Of a stretch of DNA of 53,815 bases, positions 1-9,349 are shown piece after piece. The position numbers and the translations under genes were made by a program. This DNA is from a bacterium (lineage in GTDB: Bacteria > CLD3 > SB21). The DNA lies in contig JABWCP010000002.1 in the NCBI GenBank assembly GCA_013360215.1, forward strand, positions 124,001 through 177,815, given 5' to 3'. Position 1 is the stretch's first letter. Each line of letters opens with the position of its first letter. A model generated the notes under the pieces. The model was not told where the DNA came from. It was given only the letters and a program-made list of their open reading frames with translations, and ran no database searches.

Positions 1-755
1 TAAACCTTTTGTACGTCGCGATGACACGGAGCCGTGATCAACTCTATGTCATGTGTCCTACTACAACCACCAATGCGTCAAAAGAACACGTTCAGAATGT
101 TGGCGAAATTATAAACCAATTTGTTATTCATGAATTCGGTCAGATAAATACATATGAAGCAGGTAGCCTCACCTATGCGAATCAAACGCAGTACGTAAAG
201 GAACAGGAGAAGAGCTTCGTATATACGCATAACGAAGCCGTTAAAGATAAACCATGGCGTTCTTGGATCCAATTACAAAGCCGATTTGACAGCTCAAGCG
301 AAATAGATACAATATGGGACGGTGATAAAAACACACGCTGGGGTAACCTCATTCATTACGTTCTTGTACAAATGTCTAGATCTGAAGATCTGATGATGGC
401 AATTGAACACTTTAAAAAAATAAGCCTCGTAAATGAGGAAGAAGCGCATCATATCCACACTGTTCTTACAAGGTTTTTTGAAAATAAATCAATTGTAACG
501 CTGTTTGACGCTAAAGCATCCATTATTCGTGAATCCGAATTTTTTGATAATGAAGGTCGTTTGCGACGATTTGATCGTATGCAAATCGAAGATGACCGTA
601 TCACGATTATTGATTTTAAAACAGGGCAAAAAAAAGATTCGCATGTAACACAAATGCAATCATACATGAAACCGTTTGTTCAAATTCATCACAGAAAAGT
701 ACAAGGTGCACTGCTTTATATAGATCCTCCCGAGATCGTTGAGGTACATCTATGA
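1..755 (+). CDS. addA: AddA/UvrD-family helicase-nuclease, C-terminal part (5' truncated by window)
   Basis: The frame is open from the window edge. It reads NLLYVAMTRSRDQLYV (SF1 helicase motif VI), then a C-terminal PD-(D/E)xK nuclease (RRFDRM...IIDFKTG...QMQSY). It overlaps the next gene by ATGA. Confidence 0.8.
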   Translation, partial: NLLYVAMTRSRDQLYVMCPTTTTNASKEHVQNVGEIINQFVIHEFGQINTYEAGSLTYANQTQYVKEQEKSFVYTHNEAVKDKPWRSWIQLQSRFDSSSEIDTIWDGDKNTRWGNLIHYVLVQMSRSEDLMMAIEHFKKISLVNEEEAHHIHTVLTRFFENKSIVTLFDAKASIIRESEFFDNEGRLRRFDRMQIEDDRITIIDFKTGQKKDSHVTQMQSYMKPFVQIHHRKVQGALLYIDPPEIVEVHL

Positions 756-3610
756 ACGCATTTCTTGATGATATAGCAACCTATTTACTCAAAGATTCCT
801 CAGCAAATTTAAATGATCGTTGTGTTATTTTTCAAAACCAACGCGCGAAATTGTATTTCAAAAAGTATGTCGGTCAAAGAGCCCTGCCCGGCTTGATATT
901 ACCTGAAATGTTAACCATCGAAGAATTAGCCGAACGTTTATCGGGTAAACGTATTACGGATAATTTTGATCTTTTGATTGAGTTGTATTTATGCCACCAA
1001 AAGTTGAACCAGCCTGAAACTTTTATAAAATTTTATGATCTAGGTTTAAAAATTATAGAAGATTTTAGCGATATGGATATGTATGCCGTTGATCCGGCCA
1101 AGTTATTTATAAATCTTGATTACCTGAAATCAACTGAATTTTGGGATAAAAACGATGAAGATTTAACCGCTTTACAACTACGACAAAAGAACTTTTGGAA
1201 ATATCTGTTCGCTCTGCATAATGAATTTAAACGTGTGCTTGAAAAAAAAGGTAAAGCCTACGCCGGTATGGCTTATCGCGAAGCCGCCAATCAAATTCGC
1301 AGTCATAACTACACTTTACCTTGGTCAAAAGTATTTTTTGCGGGAATTAATGCGCTCAGTTTATGCGAGGAAGAAATAATTGATCATCTACTAAGAAGAA
1401 AACAGGCAGAAATTTTTTGGGATGCCGATGTTTTTTACATTAATCAGAAGCACCATGAAGCCGGTAACTTCATTCGTCGTTATATCAAAAAATGGTCTGA
1501 AACAGATAAACATTGGATCGGAGATCGTCTATCACGCGATAATAAAACGATACGCATCACACGCGCCTCTCAAAATAGTGCACAAGCACGCGCAGCGATT
1601 ATTGCTCTGAAAGAAAGTGTAAAAAATAAAACGGCATCCATTGCCGTCGTATTAGGTGATGAATCTCTTTTAATACCTGTTTTGGAAGAATTGCCGGAAA
1701 GCTTAACTAAATCAGCACGCATCAATGTAAGTATGGGTTATCCCCTTTCCATGACGACGATTTATAGTTTCATGATGTGTGTACTACAACTGCATGCCGA
1801 TGCATTATCAAATCAAACAAAACGAAAAGAATATTCATTTTTAAATCAACACGTAATTCAATTTTTTTCGTTATCCTTAGTTCGCAATTTAATTAAAGAT
1901 AAGGTTTACGCTATACACGAGGCCATCATACGACAAAATTCAACTAAAATATCGTCTGAATTTATTCAGTCACTTACAAAGCTACCATCTTTAAAGCTTG
2001 TATTTAATGCTTGTCGCGATATTAGCCATATGATAGAAAACATTAACACTTTGATTGATGAAATCAAAAGCGAATTATTTACAAATCGAATGTATGAAGA
2101 GCTTGAGGCGTTGTATCTATGGAAGGAAAAATGGACAATAATTTGTGAAACATATCAACGCTATACGAGCTTACATAATCCCGTTTTGAGTGAGAATTTA
2201 GAAACAATCATACGGATAATGCAGGACGCTGTTAATAATGTTCGCATCCCATTCAATTCCCCTGCCGAAAGTTCGAATTTGACCCACCGTATTGAAATCA
2301 TGGGTATGCTCGAAACCAGAGCATTGGATTTTGAACATGTCATTATCTTATCCGTCAACGAAGGCGTATTTCCTGCGCCGCGTTCGACTCATTCTTTGAT
2401 TCCATTTACAGCTCGTGCCGAATCAGGAATGCCAAACTATACCGAAAAAGAATCCATATTTGCCTATAACTTTTACAGGCTTTTACAAAGAGCTTCAACT
2501 ATTGACTTGATTTATGACGCACAAATCAATCAAAATACAAAAGGCGAACCCAGTCGATTTATACAACAGCTACGATATGAATTAGCCAAAACATCGCCAA
2601 GTATTACTATTATAGAAAATGAATTAAGCCCCCTGCCAGTTATAAAATCTAGCATCGAACCCTTGTTAATACAAAAAACACCGGCCATTATCGAAGCCAT
2701 CAAGAATGTTTTAAACAAAGGGTTATCTCCAACTGCCATCAATTCTTACAATCGCTGTTCATTGCAGTTTTATTTATCGCGCATTGCAAAATTTGAAGAA
2801 TCCGACGACATTAAACCGGAACTTCAAAGTGATGACCTCGGGAATATCGTCCATCACGTATTTCAGCACATGTTCGCACCGTATATCGGAAAATCTATTG
2901 CCGCCAAAGACATTAGTTCAATGCTGAATGATGTAGATACAGCGATCCAAAATGCATTGGATGATATGGGCAATCCGGATGTCCACAGTGGAAAAAATAA
3001 AATAACATTCGCCATTGCTCAACAGCACATTCAACGTTTTTTGAACAATGAAAAAAACCGCCTTTCACACGACAATACAAACCGATGTGTCCTATCTGTC
3101 GAATCACTTATGTCCACTTCAATAGATGTCCCAATTGAAGGTCAACTATTCACAATGCGCCTGCATGGAAAAGCGGATCGAATTGACCTTATTGACGATG
3201 TTGTTGAAATCATAGACTATAAAACTGGTTCAGCCCAGAAAAAACATGTCCAATTACCAACAACCATTGCTGATCTTTCTGTTAAAAGTGATTCTGATAA
3301 AGCATTGCAACTTCTAACATATATCATGCTACATCGTTCACATTCCGAGAATAAATACAAAAAATATCGAAGCATGATCGTTGCTTTGCGCGGATCCCCT
3401 GCAGAATATTATCTACCGCTAACTTATGATAAAAATGAGACTCACTCGATTGAGAATGAAATTGAAGAAACATCTTTGGAATATTTTCGAAGTATTGCTC
3501 TCGAGTTACTCAATAACGAACGGCCATTTGTACAAACGGATGAAAAAAAGAATTGCGTATATTGCTCCTATAAAAATCTATGTAACCGATGGCCGGAACA
3601 TTATTCATGA
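752..3610 (+). CDS. addB: AddB-like PD-(D/E)xK nuclease subunit with Fe-S staple
   Basis: Degenerate helicase N-terminus (MGMLETRALDF, FYRLLQRA). LSPTAINSYNRC, LHGKADRID...IIDYKTG nuclease motifs and terminal CVYCSYKNLC give four Cys. Coupled to addA. Confidence 0.8.
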   Translation: MNAFLDDIATYLLKDSSANLNDRCVIFQNQRAKLYFKKYVGQRALPGLILPEMLTIEELAERLSGKRITDNFDLLIELYLCHQKLNQPETFIKFYDLGLKIIEDFSDMDMYAVDPAKLFINLDYLKSTEFWDKNDEDLTALQLRQKNFWKYLFALHNEFKRVLEKKGKAYAGMAYREAANQIRSHNYTLPWSKVFFAGINALSLCEEEIIDHLLRRKQAEIFWDADVFYINQKHHEAGNFIRRYIKKWSETDKHWIGDRLSRDNKTIRITRASQNSAQARAAIIALKESVKNKTASIAVVLGDESLLIPVLEELPESLTKSARINVSMGYPLSMTTIYSFMMCVLQLHADALSNQTKRKEYSFLNQHVIQFFSLSLVRNLIKDKVYAIHEAIIRQNSTKISSEFIQSLTKLPSLKLVFNACRDISHMIENINTLIDEIKSELFTNRMYEELEALYLWKEKWTIICETYQRYTSLHNPVLSENLETIIRIMQDAVNNVRIPFNSPAESSNLTHRIEIMGMLETRALDFEHVIILSVNEGVFPAPRSTHSLIPFTARAESGMPNYTEKESIFAYNFYRLLQRASTIDLIYDAQINQNTKGEPSRFIQQLRYELAKTSPSITIIENELSPLPVIKSSIEPLLIQKTPAIIEAIKNVLNKGLSPTAINSYNRCSLQFYLSRIAKFEESDDIKPELQSDDLGNIVHHVFQHMFAPYIGKSIAAKDISSMLNDVDTAIQNALDDMGNPDVHSGKNKITFAIAQQHIQRFLNNEKNRLSHDNTNRCVLSVESLMSTSIDVPIEGQLFTMRLHGKADRIDLIDDVVEIIDYKTGSAQKKHVQLPTTIADLSVKSDSDKALQLLTYIMLHRSHSENKYKKYRSMIVALRGSPAEYYLPLTYDKNETHSIENEIEETSLEYFRSIALELLNNERPFVQTDEKKNCVYCSYKNLCNRWPEHYS

Positions 3611-3616
3611 GGAAAA

Positions 3617-4894
3617 ATGATAACTAATACATTTTACAATGAATTTGATATTCAATTAATTGACGGCGTGAGTGGGCGTCATCTGTACGAGAGAACTCCT
3701 TTTCAACAGGATCGTGATCGTATTATTTATACATCCTCGTTTCGCAGATTACAATCCAAGACACAAGTATTTTTTTCTGGCGAGTATGATTTCTATCGAA
3801 CGCGACTAACTCATTCTTTAGAAGTGGCGCAAATCGGCCGATCATTGTGCCATTATCTGAAAGAAGAATCCAAAGAGCTTAGAGATGATTTTTACATTGA
3901 CTCTGATCTTGTCGAAGCGATATGCCTCGCCCATGATATAGGCCACCCGCCTTTTGGACATGCCGGAGAAACGACAATTAATAAATTGATGCAACCGTAC
4001 GGAGGCTTTGAAGGTAACGCACAAACGCTACGGATGTTGACCGAAACAATTTATAGCGCCGCTTCGGGTCGCGAAGGAATGAATCCCACAAGGGCTTTGA
4101 CAGATGGTGTGATGAAGTATAAAAAGCTTTACTCGCAAAGTCATAATAATAATCAACCGCCCAAAAATCATTTTTTGTATGATGAACAATGGCCATATGT
4201 TCAATTCATTTTTGATCACCGCGATATACCTACAGACGTAGATCATAATAAGTTTCGTAGCATAGAATGTCAAATCATGGATTGGGCGGATGACACGGCT
4301 TATTCGATTAACGATTTATTGGACGGTATAAGTTCAGGCCTGATAACACAAGCCAAAATTGAGTCTTGGGTCGCTAAATCATTATTTACAAATCATGAAA
4401 ACATTTTGATTTCTAATCTATTGAAAGCTATGTCGGAGCGTCAAATTGCACGTTTTTGTAGTCGTAAAATTGGCGACTGCATTCGCGCCGTTAATTTGTC
4501 ACCGGTGAAAACGTTTATGTCCGATAAAACAAATCGCCATGCGTTTTACCTTTCTATAGATAAAGAAAAACGTGCAGAAATTGATTTATATGGCCGTATT
4601 TCAAGAGAGCTTGTATTTTTTTCACCGCAAATCTATCAACTCGAATTTAAGGGTGATTATATTTTAAGAAAAATGTTTGATGCTTTCGAAAAACACTACC
4701 TCGGAAACGATAACCGAAATACAATGACTTTGTTACCGGATCATACTGAAGAACCGGTTCGTAATGAAAAAGATTTAAAGAAACGCGCTCGATTGATATG
4801 TGATTATGTCGCCGGTATGACGGACGGATTCGCTTTGCGAACTTTCAAAAGATTATATGATCCGGATTTCGGTTCAATTATGGATTTGGTATAA
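3617..4894 (+). CDS. dgt: dGTP triphosphohydrolase (HD superfamily)
   Basis: RTPFQQDRDRI, RRLQSKTQVF, RTRLTHSLEV, HDIGHPPFGHAGE, FEGNAQ, ADDTAY and DYVAGMTD motifs. Confidence 0.93.
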   Translation: MITNTFYNEFDIQLIDGVSGRHLYERTPFQQDRDRIIYTSSFRRLQSKTQVFFSGEYDFYRTRLTHSLEVAQIGRSLCHYLKEESKELRDDFYIDSDLVEAICLAHDIGHPPFGHAGETTINKLMQPYGGFEGNAQTLRMLTETIYSAASGREGMNPTRALTDGVMKYKKLYSQSHNNNQPPKNHFLYDEQWPYVQFIFDHRDIPTDVDHNKFRSIECQIMDWADDTAYSINDLLDGISSGLITQAKIESWVAKSLFTNHENILISNLLKAMSERQIARFCSRKIGDCIRAVNLSPVKTFMSDKTNRHAFYLSIDKEKRAEIDLYGRISRELVFFSPQIYQLEFKGDYILRKMFDAFEKHYLGNDNRNTMTLLPDHTEEPVRNEKDLKKRARLICDYVAGMTDGFALRTFKRLYDPDFGSIMDLV

Positions 4895-4901
4895 AAAAAA
4901 C

Positions 4902-4930
4902 TTGCTTTTTCATACTTGCTCGTATAGATT
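4902..4930 (+). promoter_or_regulatory. sigma70-type promoter of tRNA-Ala
   Basis: TTGCTT-N17-TAGATT followed by a GC-rich discriminator (ACGCGCAC), 14 nt before the tRNA. Confidence 0.6.
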
Positions 4931-4944
4931 ACGCGCACCTTTAC

Positions 4945-5017
4945 GGGGACATAGCTCAGTTGGGAGAGCGCAAGGCTGGCAGTCTTGAGGTCAGGGGTTC
5001 GACCCCCCTTGTCTCCA
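4945..5017 (+). tRNA. tRNA-Ala (GGC)
   Basis: Full cloverleaf: acceptor GGGGACA/TGTCTCC with G3:U70, D arm GCTC/GAGC, anticodon loop CT-GGC-AG, TTCGA T loop. CCA not encoded. Confidence 0.97.
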
Positions 5018-5019
5018 CA

Positions 5020-5050
5020 AAAAAACCTTCTCTATTGAGAAGGTTTTTTT
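5020..5050. terminator. bidirectional intrinsic terminator
   Basis: AAAAAACCTTCTC-TATT-GAGAAGGTTTTTT between the convergent tRNA-Ala and can. Confidence 0.85.
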
Positions 5051-5076
5051 ATTTTGCACATCATTTTTACTTCGTT

Positions 5077-5676
5077 CTATACATTGTCCTTAGATACCTT
5101 TAAGTCCCGAATTAATCCATTTTGTAGTCCGTAAATCCAGCCATGTATCGTAAGATCTTGTTTACGATCCCATGCCTTTTGCACGATCGTCGTATTACAT
5201 ACATTTGCTACCTGCTCGACGACATTCAATTCACATAAACGATGATGTCTTGCTTGCGGATCCGATATGGTATTCAACTCGGTTTCGTATTTTTTCCAGA
5301 CCTCACGAATATGCCGTAACCAATTATCAATCAGTCCCAACCGACTATCTTGAAGGGCAGCTGCCACACCACCGCATCCATAGTGCCCGCACACGATGAT
5401 ATGTTTTACTTTAAGCACTTCGACGGCGTATTCGATTACCGATAAACAATTGAAATCGGTATGCACCACCACGTTAGCCACATTACGATGAACAAACATT
5501 TCACCCGGCAAAAGTCCAACAATTTCGTTGGCCGGAACTCTGCTGTCAGAACACCCAATCCATAGATATTCAGGCGCTTGTTGATGGGAAAGCTTATCAA
5601 AAAAGTCCGGCTTTTGTGCTCGAATGTTTTCAGACCAATGAAGATTATTTTCGAACAGATGCTTTAAATCAGACAT
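5077..5676 (-). CDS. can: beta-class carbonic anhydrase
   Basis: WIGCSDSRVP, HRNVAN and GHYGCGG zinc-ligand motifs. ATG at 5676 preferred over TTG at 5682. Confidence 0.95.
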   Translation of the reverse strand: MSDLKHLFENNLHWSENIRAQKPDFFDKLSHQQAPEYLWIGCSDSRVPANEIVGLLPGEMFVHRNVANVVVHTDFNCLSVIEYAVEVLKVKHIIVCGHYGCGGVAAALQDSRLGLIDNWLRHIREVWKKYETELNTISDPQARHHRLCELNVVEQVANVCNTTIVQKAWDRKQDLTIHGWIYGLQNGLIRDLKVSKDNV

Positions 5677-5701
5677 AGTCAATAAACCTGTAGGTTTGTG
5701 G

Positions 5702-6268
5702 TTAACGTTTTTTTAACATATTACGTTTAAGCCAATGAATAGCTTTAGACACGTAATATTCATTCTCATTTTCAAGGCTATCAATAGCCTTGTGAATATA
5801 CGAATGAAAGTGCGGAAAACGCGTGTAATATTCCAATAAAACCAGAGCCATTCGCCTTTGCCATATTTTTTTGGATGTGATCAGTTGCTCTGAAAGATGG
5901 AAAATTCGTTTTTGTTCTGATAAAGCAATAGACCGAATGCTTTGGGAGCTCAAACAATCGCAGATCGCCCAATCTTCAACCGATGCAGAGAATTTTCGGA
6001 TTGTAGACAATGTCTTCACAGGTTCTTTTTTAGCCTTGAATCCGATAATTTTAGCGGATAACATGCGTTCTTCAAATTTTCCGGATTTCCATAACTCATT
6101 AATCAGTTTAAAATCGCAAGTTTTATATGTTTTAGCCAGATTATTGAGTACCGGCATACGAACGCCGTAAACACCTTTAGCTGTAGGAACAGCTTTGTGA
6201 GTGGCTAACTTAGCTTCAACTGTTGAAGCCCTTTTCAAACTTTTCTTTATTTCAATCAGATGTTTCAT
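5702..6268 (-). CDS. DNA alkylation repair protein (AlkD-like HEAT-repeat family)
   Basis: YGVRMP, LWKSGKFEER, DWAICD, WQRR and YVSKAIHWLKR match the AlkD-like pattern. Lies downstream of recN. Confidence 0.75.
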   Translation of the reverse strand: MKHLIEIKKSLKRASTVEAKLATHKAVPTAKGVYGVRMPVLNNLAKTYKTCDFKLINELWKSGKFEERMLSAKIIGFKAKKEPVKTLSTIRKFSASVEDWAICDCLSSQSIRSIALSEQKRIFHLSEQLITSKKIWQRRMALVLLEYYTRFPHFHSYIHKAIDSLENENEYYVSKAIHWLKRNMLKKR

Positions 6269-6307
6269 AAAATGACAATCGGATGCAGTTCGGAAGTAAA
6301 AACACGG

Positions 6308-8014
6308 CTATAGAAAACCGACCTTTTGACGCATGAGATCCCGTGCGTTTTTAATGGCCGCATCAGTGATGATTGCACCACCTAGAAGTTTGGCAATCTC
6401 TGTTTCTCTCTCATTTTCCTTCAGTTGACGAATTGTCGTTATTGTATGATGCCCCTGCGTTTGTTTTTGAACGCTAAAATGTGTTTGGGCCAATGCAGCT
6501 ATTTGAGGTAAGTGCGTGATGCTGATGATTTGGTGAGACTCAGACAGTTCACTTAACGCGATTCCAACGGCTTGTGCAATACGACCGGATATGCCGACAT
6601 CAATTTCGTCAAATATCATGGTGGGAATTTTATCCGATTGCGCTAAGGCCGTTTTTAAACTAAGCATAATACGCGAAATTTCACCGCCGGAAGCTACTTT
6701 GACGAGCGGTTTAAGTGATTCACCGGCGTTAGCCGAAATGAAAAATTCAACATGATCAATACCTTGTGCCGCAGCTTGGACGGGCTTATCTTTCGAAATA
6801 AACCAACCATTCGGTGCCTCAATCTGTGCGATCATAGTTTTAAATTGTGCTTTTTCTATGCCGAGCTTAACCAACTCTTGCGCAACACGTTTATCAAGTT
6901 TTTCGGCGGCTTTGGTTCGTGTCGCAGAAACCGCATGTGCGCACTTACCGTAGTTTTCAATAGCTTTATTTAGTTCCTTTTTTAAAGCTAGAAGCTGGTC
7001 ATCATAATTCTCTGATAATGAAACATAGCCTTGATACTCTTCTTTGGCTCGGATTATGTCTTCAATAGAACCGTATTTACGTTTCAATTTTTGTAAATTC
7101 ATCAATCGCGTTCGCATGAGCTCTAAACGCTCAGGATCAAATACGATTTTATGATTATATTCGCCCAAAACGCGGGCTATTTCCGCGATAGCAATTACGG
7201 CGCTATCGAAATCTTTCTGATAATCAATCAGCCTCTCATCAAACGAACAAAGTTGATTAAGTTTTGATTTTACTTGCTCCAATCGTTCGATAATGGCCCC
7301 ATCCGATTCGTATAAATCTTGGTACGCGCTGCGGCTCAATTCATATATTTTCTCCGAATTCGAAGCTAATTTTTCTTCTTGTATTAATGATTCATCCTCG
7401 CCCGGTTGAGGATTGACTTCTTCGATCTCTTTAAGTTGAAAACTATAATATTCTTTCTTATCAATTATACTCTGTTTATTGGTTTCAATTTCATGAATAC
7501 GACGCTGGAGCGCTGTAACTGATTTATATATTTCAGTCAGTTGCTGTACATTTTCAGCATTGTTGGCATATGCATCCAAAAATTCGATATGGAATTCTTG
7601 GCGAATGAGAGATTGATGTTCATGTTGACCATGTAGATCAACGAGATAATCACCGATGGATTTGAGCAATCCCGTAGTAATAAGATTGTCATTTACAAAA
7701 CAACGATTTTGACCGCGTGTCGAAATCTCACGGCGCAATACAAGTTCATCATTCCATTCCAGGTCATTATCCGTGAAGATTGCTCTTAAAAGGCGATTCG
7801 GTTTAGTGTGAAAGACGCCTTCGATTATCGCTTTATCCGCTCCGTTACGAATATGATCCGTCGATGCCCTTTCACCCAATATCATCGAAATTGCGCCCAA
7901 AAGAATGGACTTCCCAGCGCCCGTTTCACCGGTAATAATATTCAATCCTTTACCAAAGATAATTTCAGCATCCTCGATAAGCGCGAAATTCTTAATTGTT
8001 AGCGAAGTGATCAT
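6308..8014 (-). CDS. recN: DNA repair protein RecN
   Basis: TGETGAGKS Walker A, DLHGQHEHQ, coiled coil, ASGGEISR, FDEIDVGISG, THLPQIAA. Confidence 0.96.
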   Translation of the reverse strand: MITSLTIKNFALIEDAEIIFGKGLNIITGETGAGKSILLGAISMILGERASTDHIRNGADKAIIEGVFHTKPNRLLRAIFTDNDLEWNDELVLRREISTRGQNRCFVNDNLITTGLLKSIGDYLVDLHGQHEHQSLIRQEFHIEFLDAYANNAENVQQLTEIYKSVTALQRRIHEIETNKQSIIDKKEYYSFQLKEIEEVNPQPGEDESLIQEEKLASNSEKIYELSRSAYQDLYESDGAIIERLEQVKSKLNQLCSFDERLIDYQKDFDSAVIAIAEIARVLGEYNHKIVFDPERLELMRTRLMNLQKLKRKYGSIEDIIRAKEEYQGYVSLSENYDDQLLALKKELNKAIENYGKCAHAVSATRTKAAEKLDKRVAQELVKLGIEKAQFKTMIAQIEAPNGWFISKDKPVQAAAQGIDHVEFFISANAGESLKPLVKVASGGEISRIMLSLKTALAQSDKIPTMIFDEIDVGISGRIAQAVGIALSELSESHQIISITHLPQIAALAQTHFSVQKQTQGHHTITTIRQLKENERETEIAKLLGGAIITDAAIKNARDLMRQKVGFL

Positions 8015-8021
8015 AAAGGCA

Positions 8022-8492
8022 TTATTGGCGGGATGATTTGATCCTTAGAATTAACTTGGCCATTTCGACGGCGGCCATTGCGGCTTCATACCCTTTATTC
8101 GATTTATCATTTTTGACACGATCCATTGCATCTTCCAAGGTATTGACTGTTAATACTCCAAAAATGACGGGTACACCGGTTAATAGACTTACTTGTGATA
8201 GTCCGCGCGTTGTTTCGGCTGAAACGTATTCAAAATGTGGTGTATTTCCTCTTATTACACAACCGAGAGCAACGATTGCATTATATTTACCTGTTTCGCA
8301 TAAATGTTTTGCCGAGACAGGGAGCTCCATAGCGCCCGGAGCATCATAAACATCAATGTATTTTTGATCAATACCCGCATCTTGAAACCCTTGAGCCAAA
8401 CCTTCAAACAATAAATTTACTACATTTTGATTGAAAGCGCTCTTTATGATCCCAAAAGAAAGATTAGGAGACTTTAAGGAAGATGTATGCAT
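8022..8492 (-). CDS. ribH: 6,7-dimethyl-8-ribityllumazine synthase
   Basis: PGAMELP, LGCVIRGNTPHFEYV, PVIFGVLT, NKGYEAA. Confidence 0.93.
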   Translation of the reverse strand: MHTSSLKSPNLSFGIIKSAFNQNVVNLLFEGLAQGFQDAGIDQKYIDVYDAPGAMELPVSAKHLCETGKYNAIVALGCVIRGNTPHFEYVSAETTRGLSQVSLLTGVPVIFGVLTVNTLEDAMDRVKNDKSNKGYEAAMAAVEMAKLILRIKSSRQ

Positions 8493-9349
8493 TAGAAGGT
8501 TACCTCAAGCGATGGATAAGCCTTTAATCTTAAATTAAGATCATTAACCGGATTGATACGAAGGCCCATTTGAACAGATTCAGTAGAATTAGAAGTCTTA
8601 TACTTCTTAGTGATCCACACAACATCTAACACGCTAAGCGCTCTATTTGCAAGCATATAACCCGTTGCATTTCTAGCATTTTCTAGCCATGCATTGCTTT
8701 TTACACGCATGCTTCGATAGTATTTCATGCGATCCGTCAAATTATAGGGTGTATATCCTGTAGAACGATTGGGAATATCTACCAAATCCCAATTTGCATC
8801 ACTCCACCCTTGTCCAAACTGTTCAGGATACTTATAGATCATTTCATAATATTGCTGGCGTCCGCTTTTGTATAAATGATGTACGGATATACCGCTAAGG
8901 CTTCCCCATTCGTTTTCGGCAGCTTCAAGTTTATCTCTATCAATACCTGATGATTTGCGACCTAAATAACCATCCGAGAGCTGCAAGGTTGTTTCTAAAA
9001 ATAGAAGATAGTTATCTACATTCCAATTTTTATCGGCATACCTAATGTATTCTTTTTCTTTTTTAAGTCCTGCATTACGGTATGAAAAATAAGTTATCCA
9101 TGTTGCGGTTTCTGCAACCATAAAGAGCCCTGCAGCCCAATAACTTCTTTTTCCTTGCTTCAAATACAGTTCGCCGGCTCCAGGCATTAAGATGGATAAA
9201 CCGATTGCTTTCAATGTAGATGGTTTTGAAGCAGTAACTTCATTTTGCTTTCTTATGACTATCGGCGATGATTGCGTTTCATAAGTTTGAGCAACAAGAC
9301 CCAGCGCAACAATATGGACGCAGCAAAAATAGAATTTGTACTTCAACAT
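8492..9349 (-). CDS. exported/membrane protein of unknown function (DUF5683-like N-terminal motif)
   Basis: Signal peptide, then KAIGLSILMPGAGELY motif and a hydrophobic segment. Ends in F. TAATG overlaps at both ends. Confidence 0.6.
   Translation of the reverse strand: MLKYKFYFCCVHIVALGLVAQTYETQSSPIVIRKQNEVTASKPSTLKAIGLSILMPGAGELYLKQGKRSYWAAGLFMVAETATWITYFSYRNAGLKKEKEYIRYADKNWNVDNYLLFLETTLQLSDGYLGRKSSGIDRDKLEAAENEWGSLSGISVHHLYKSGRQQYYEMIYKYPEQFGQGWSDANWDLVDIPNRSTGYTPYNLTDRMKYYRSMRVKSNAWLENARNATGYMLANRALSVLDVVWITKKYKTSNSTESVQMGLRINPVNDLNLRLKAYPSLEVTF

Noticed and set aside
3617..5017. dGTPase and tRNA-Ala as a defence island or integration site
   Set aside because: No integrase, no duplicated tRNA 3' end seen, and no other defence genes. 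The flanks are housekeeping.
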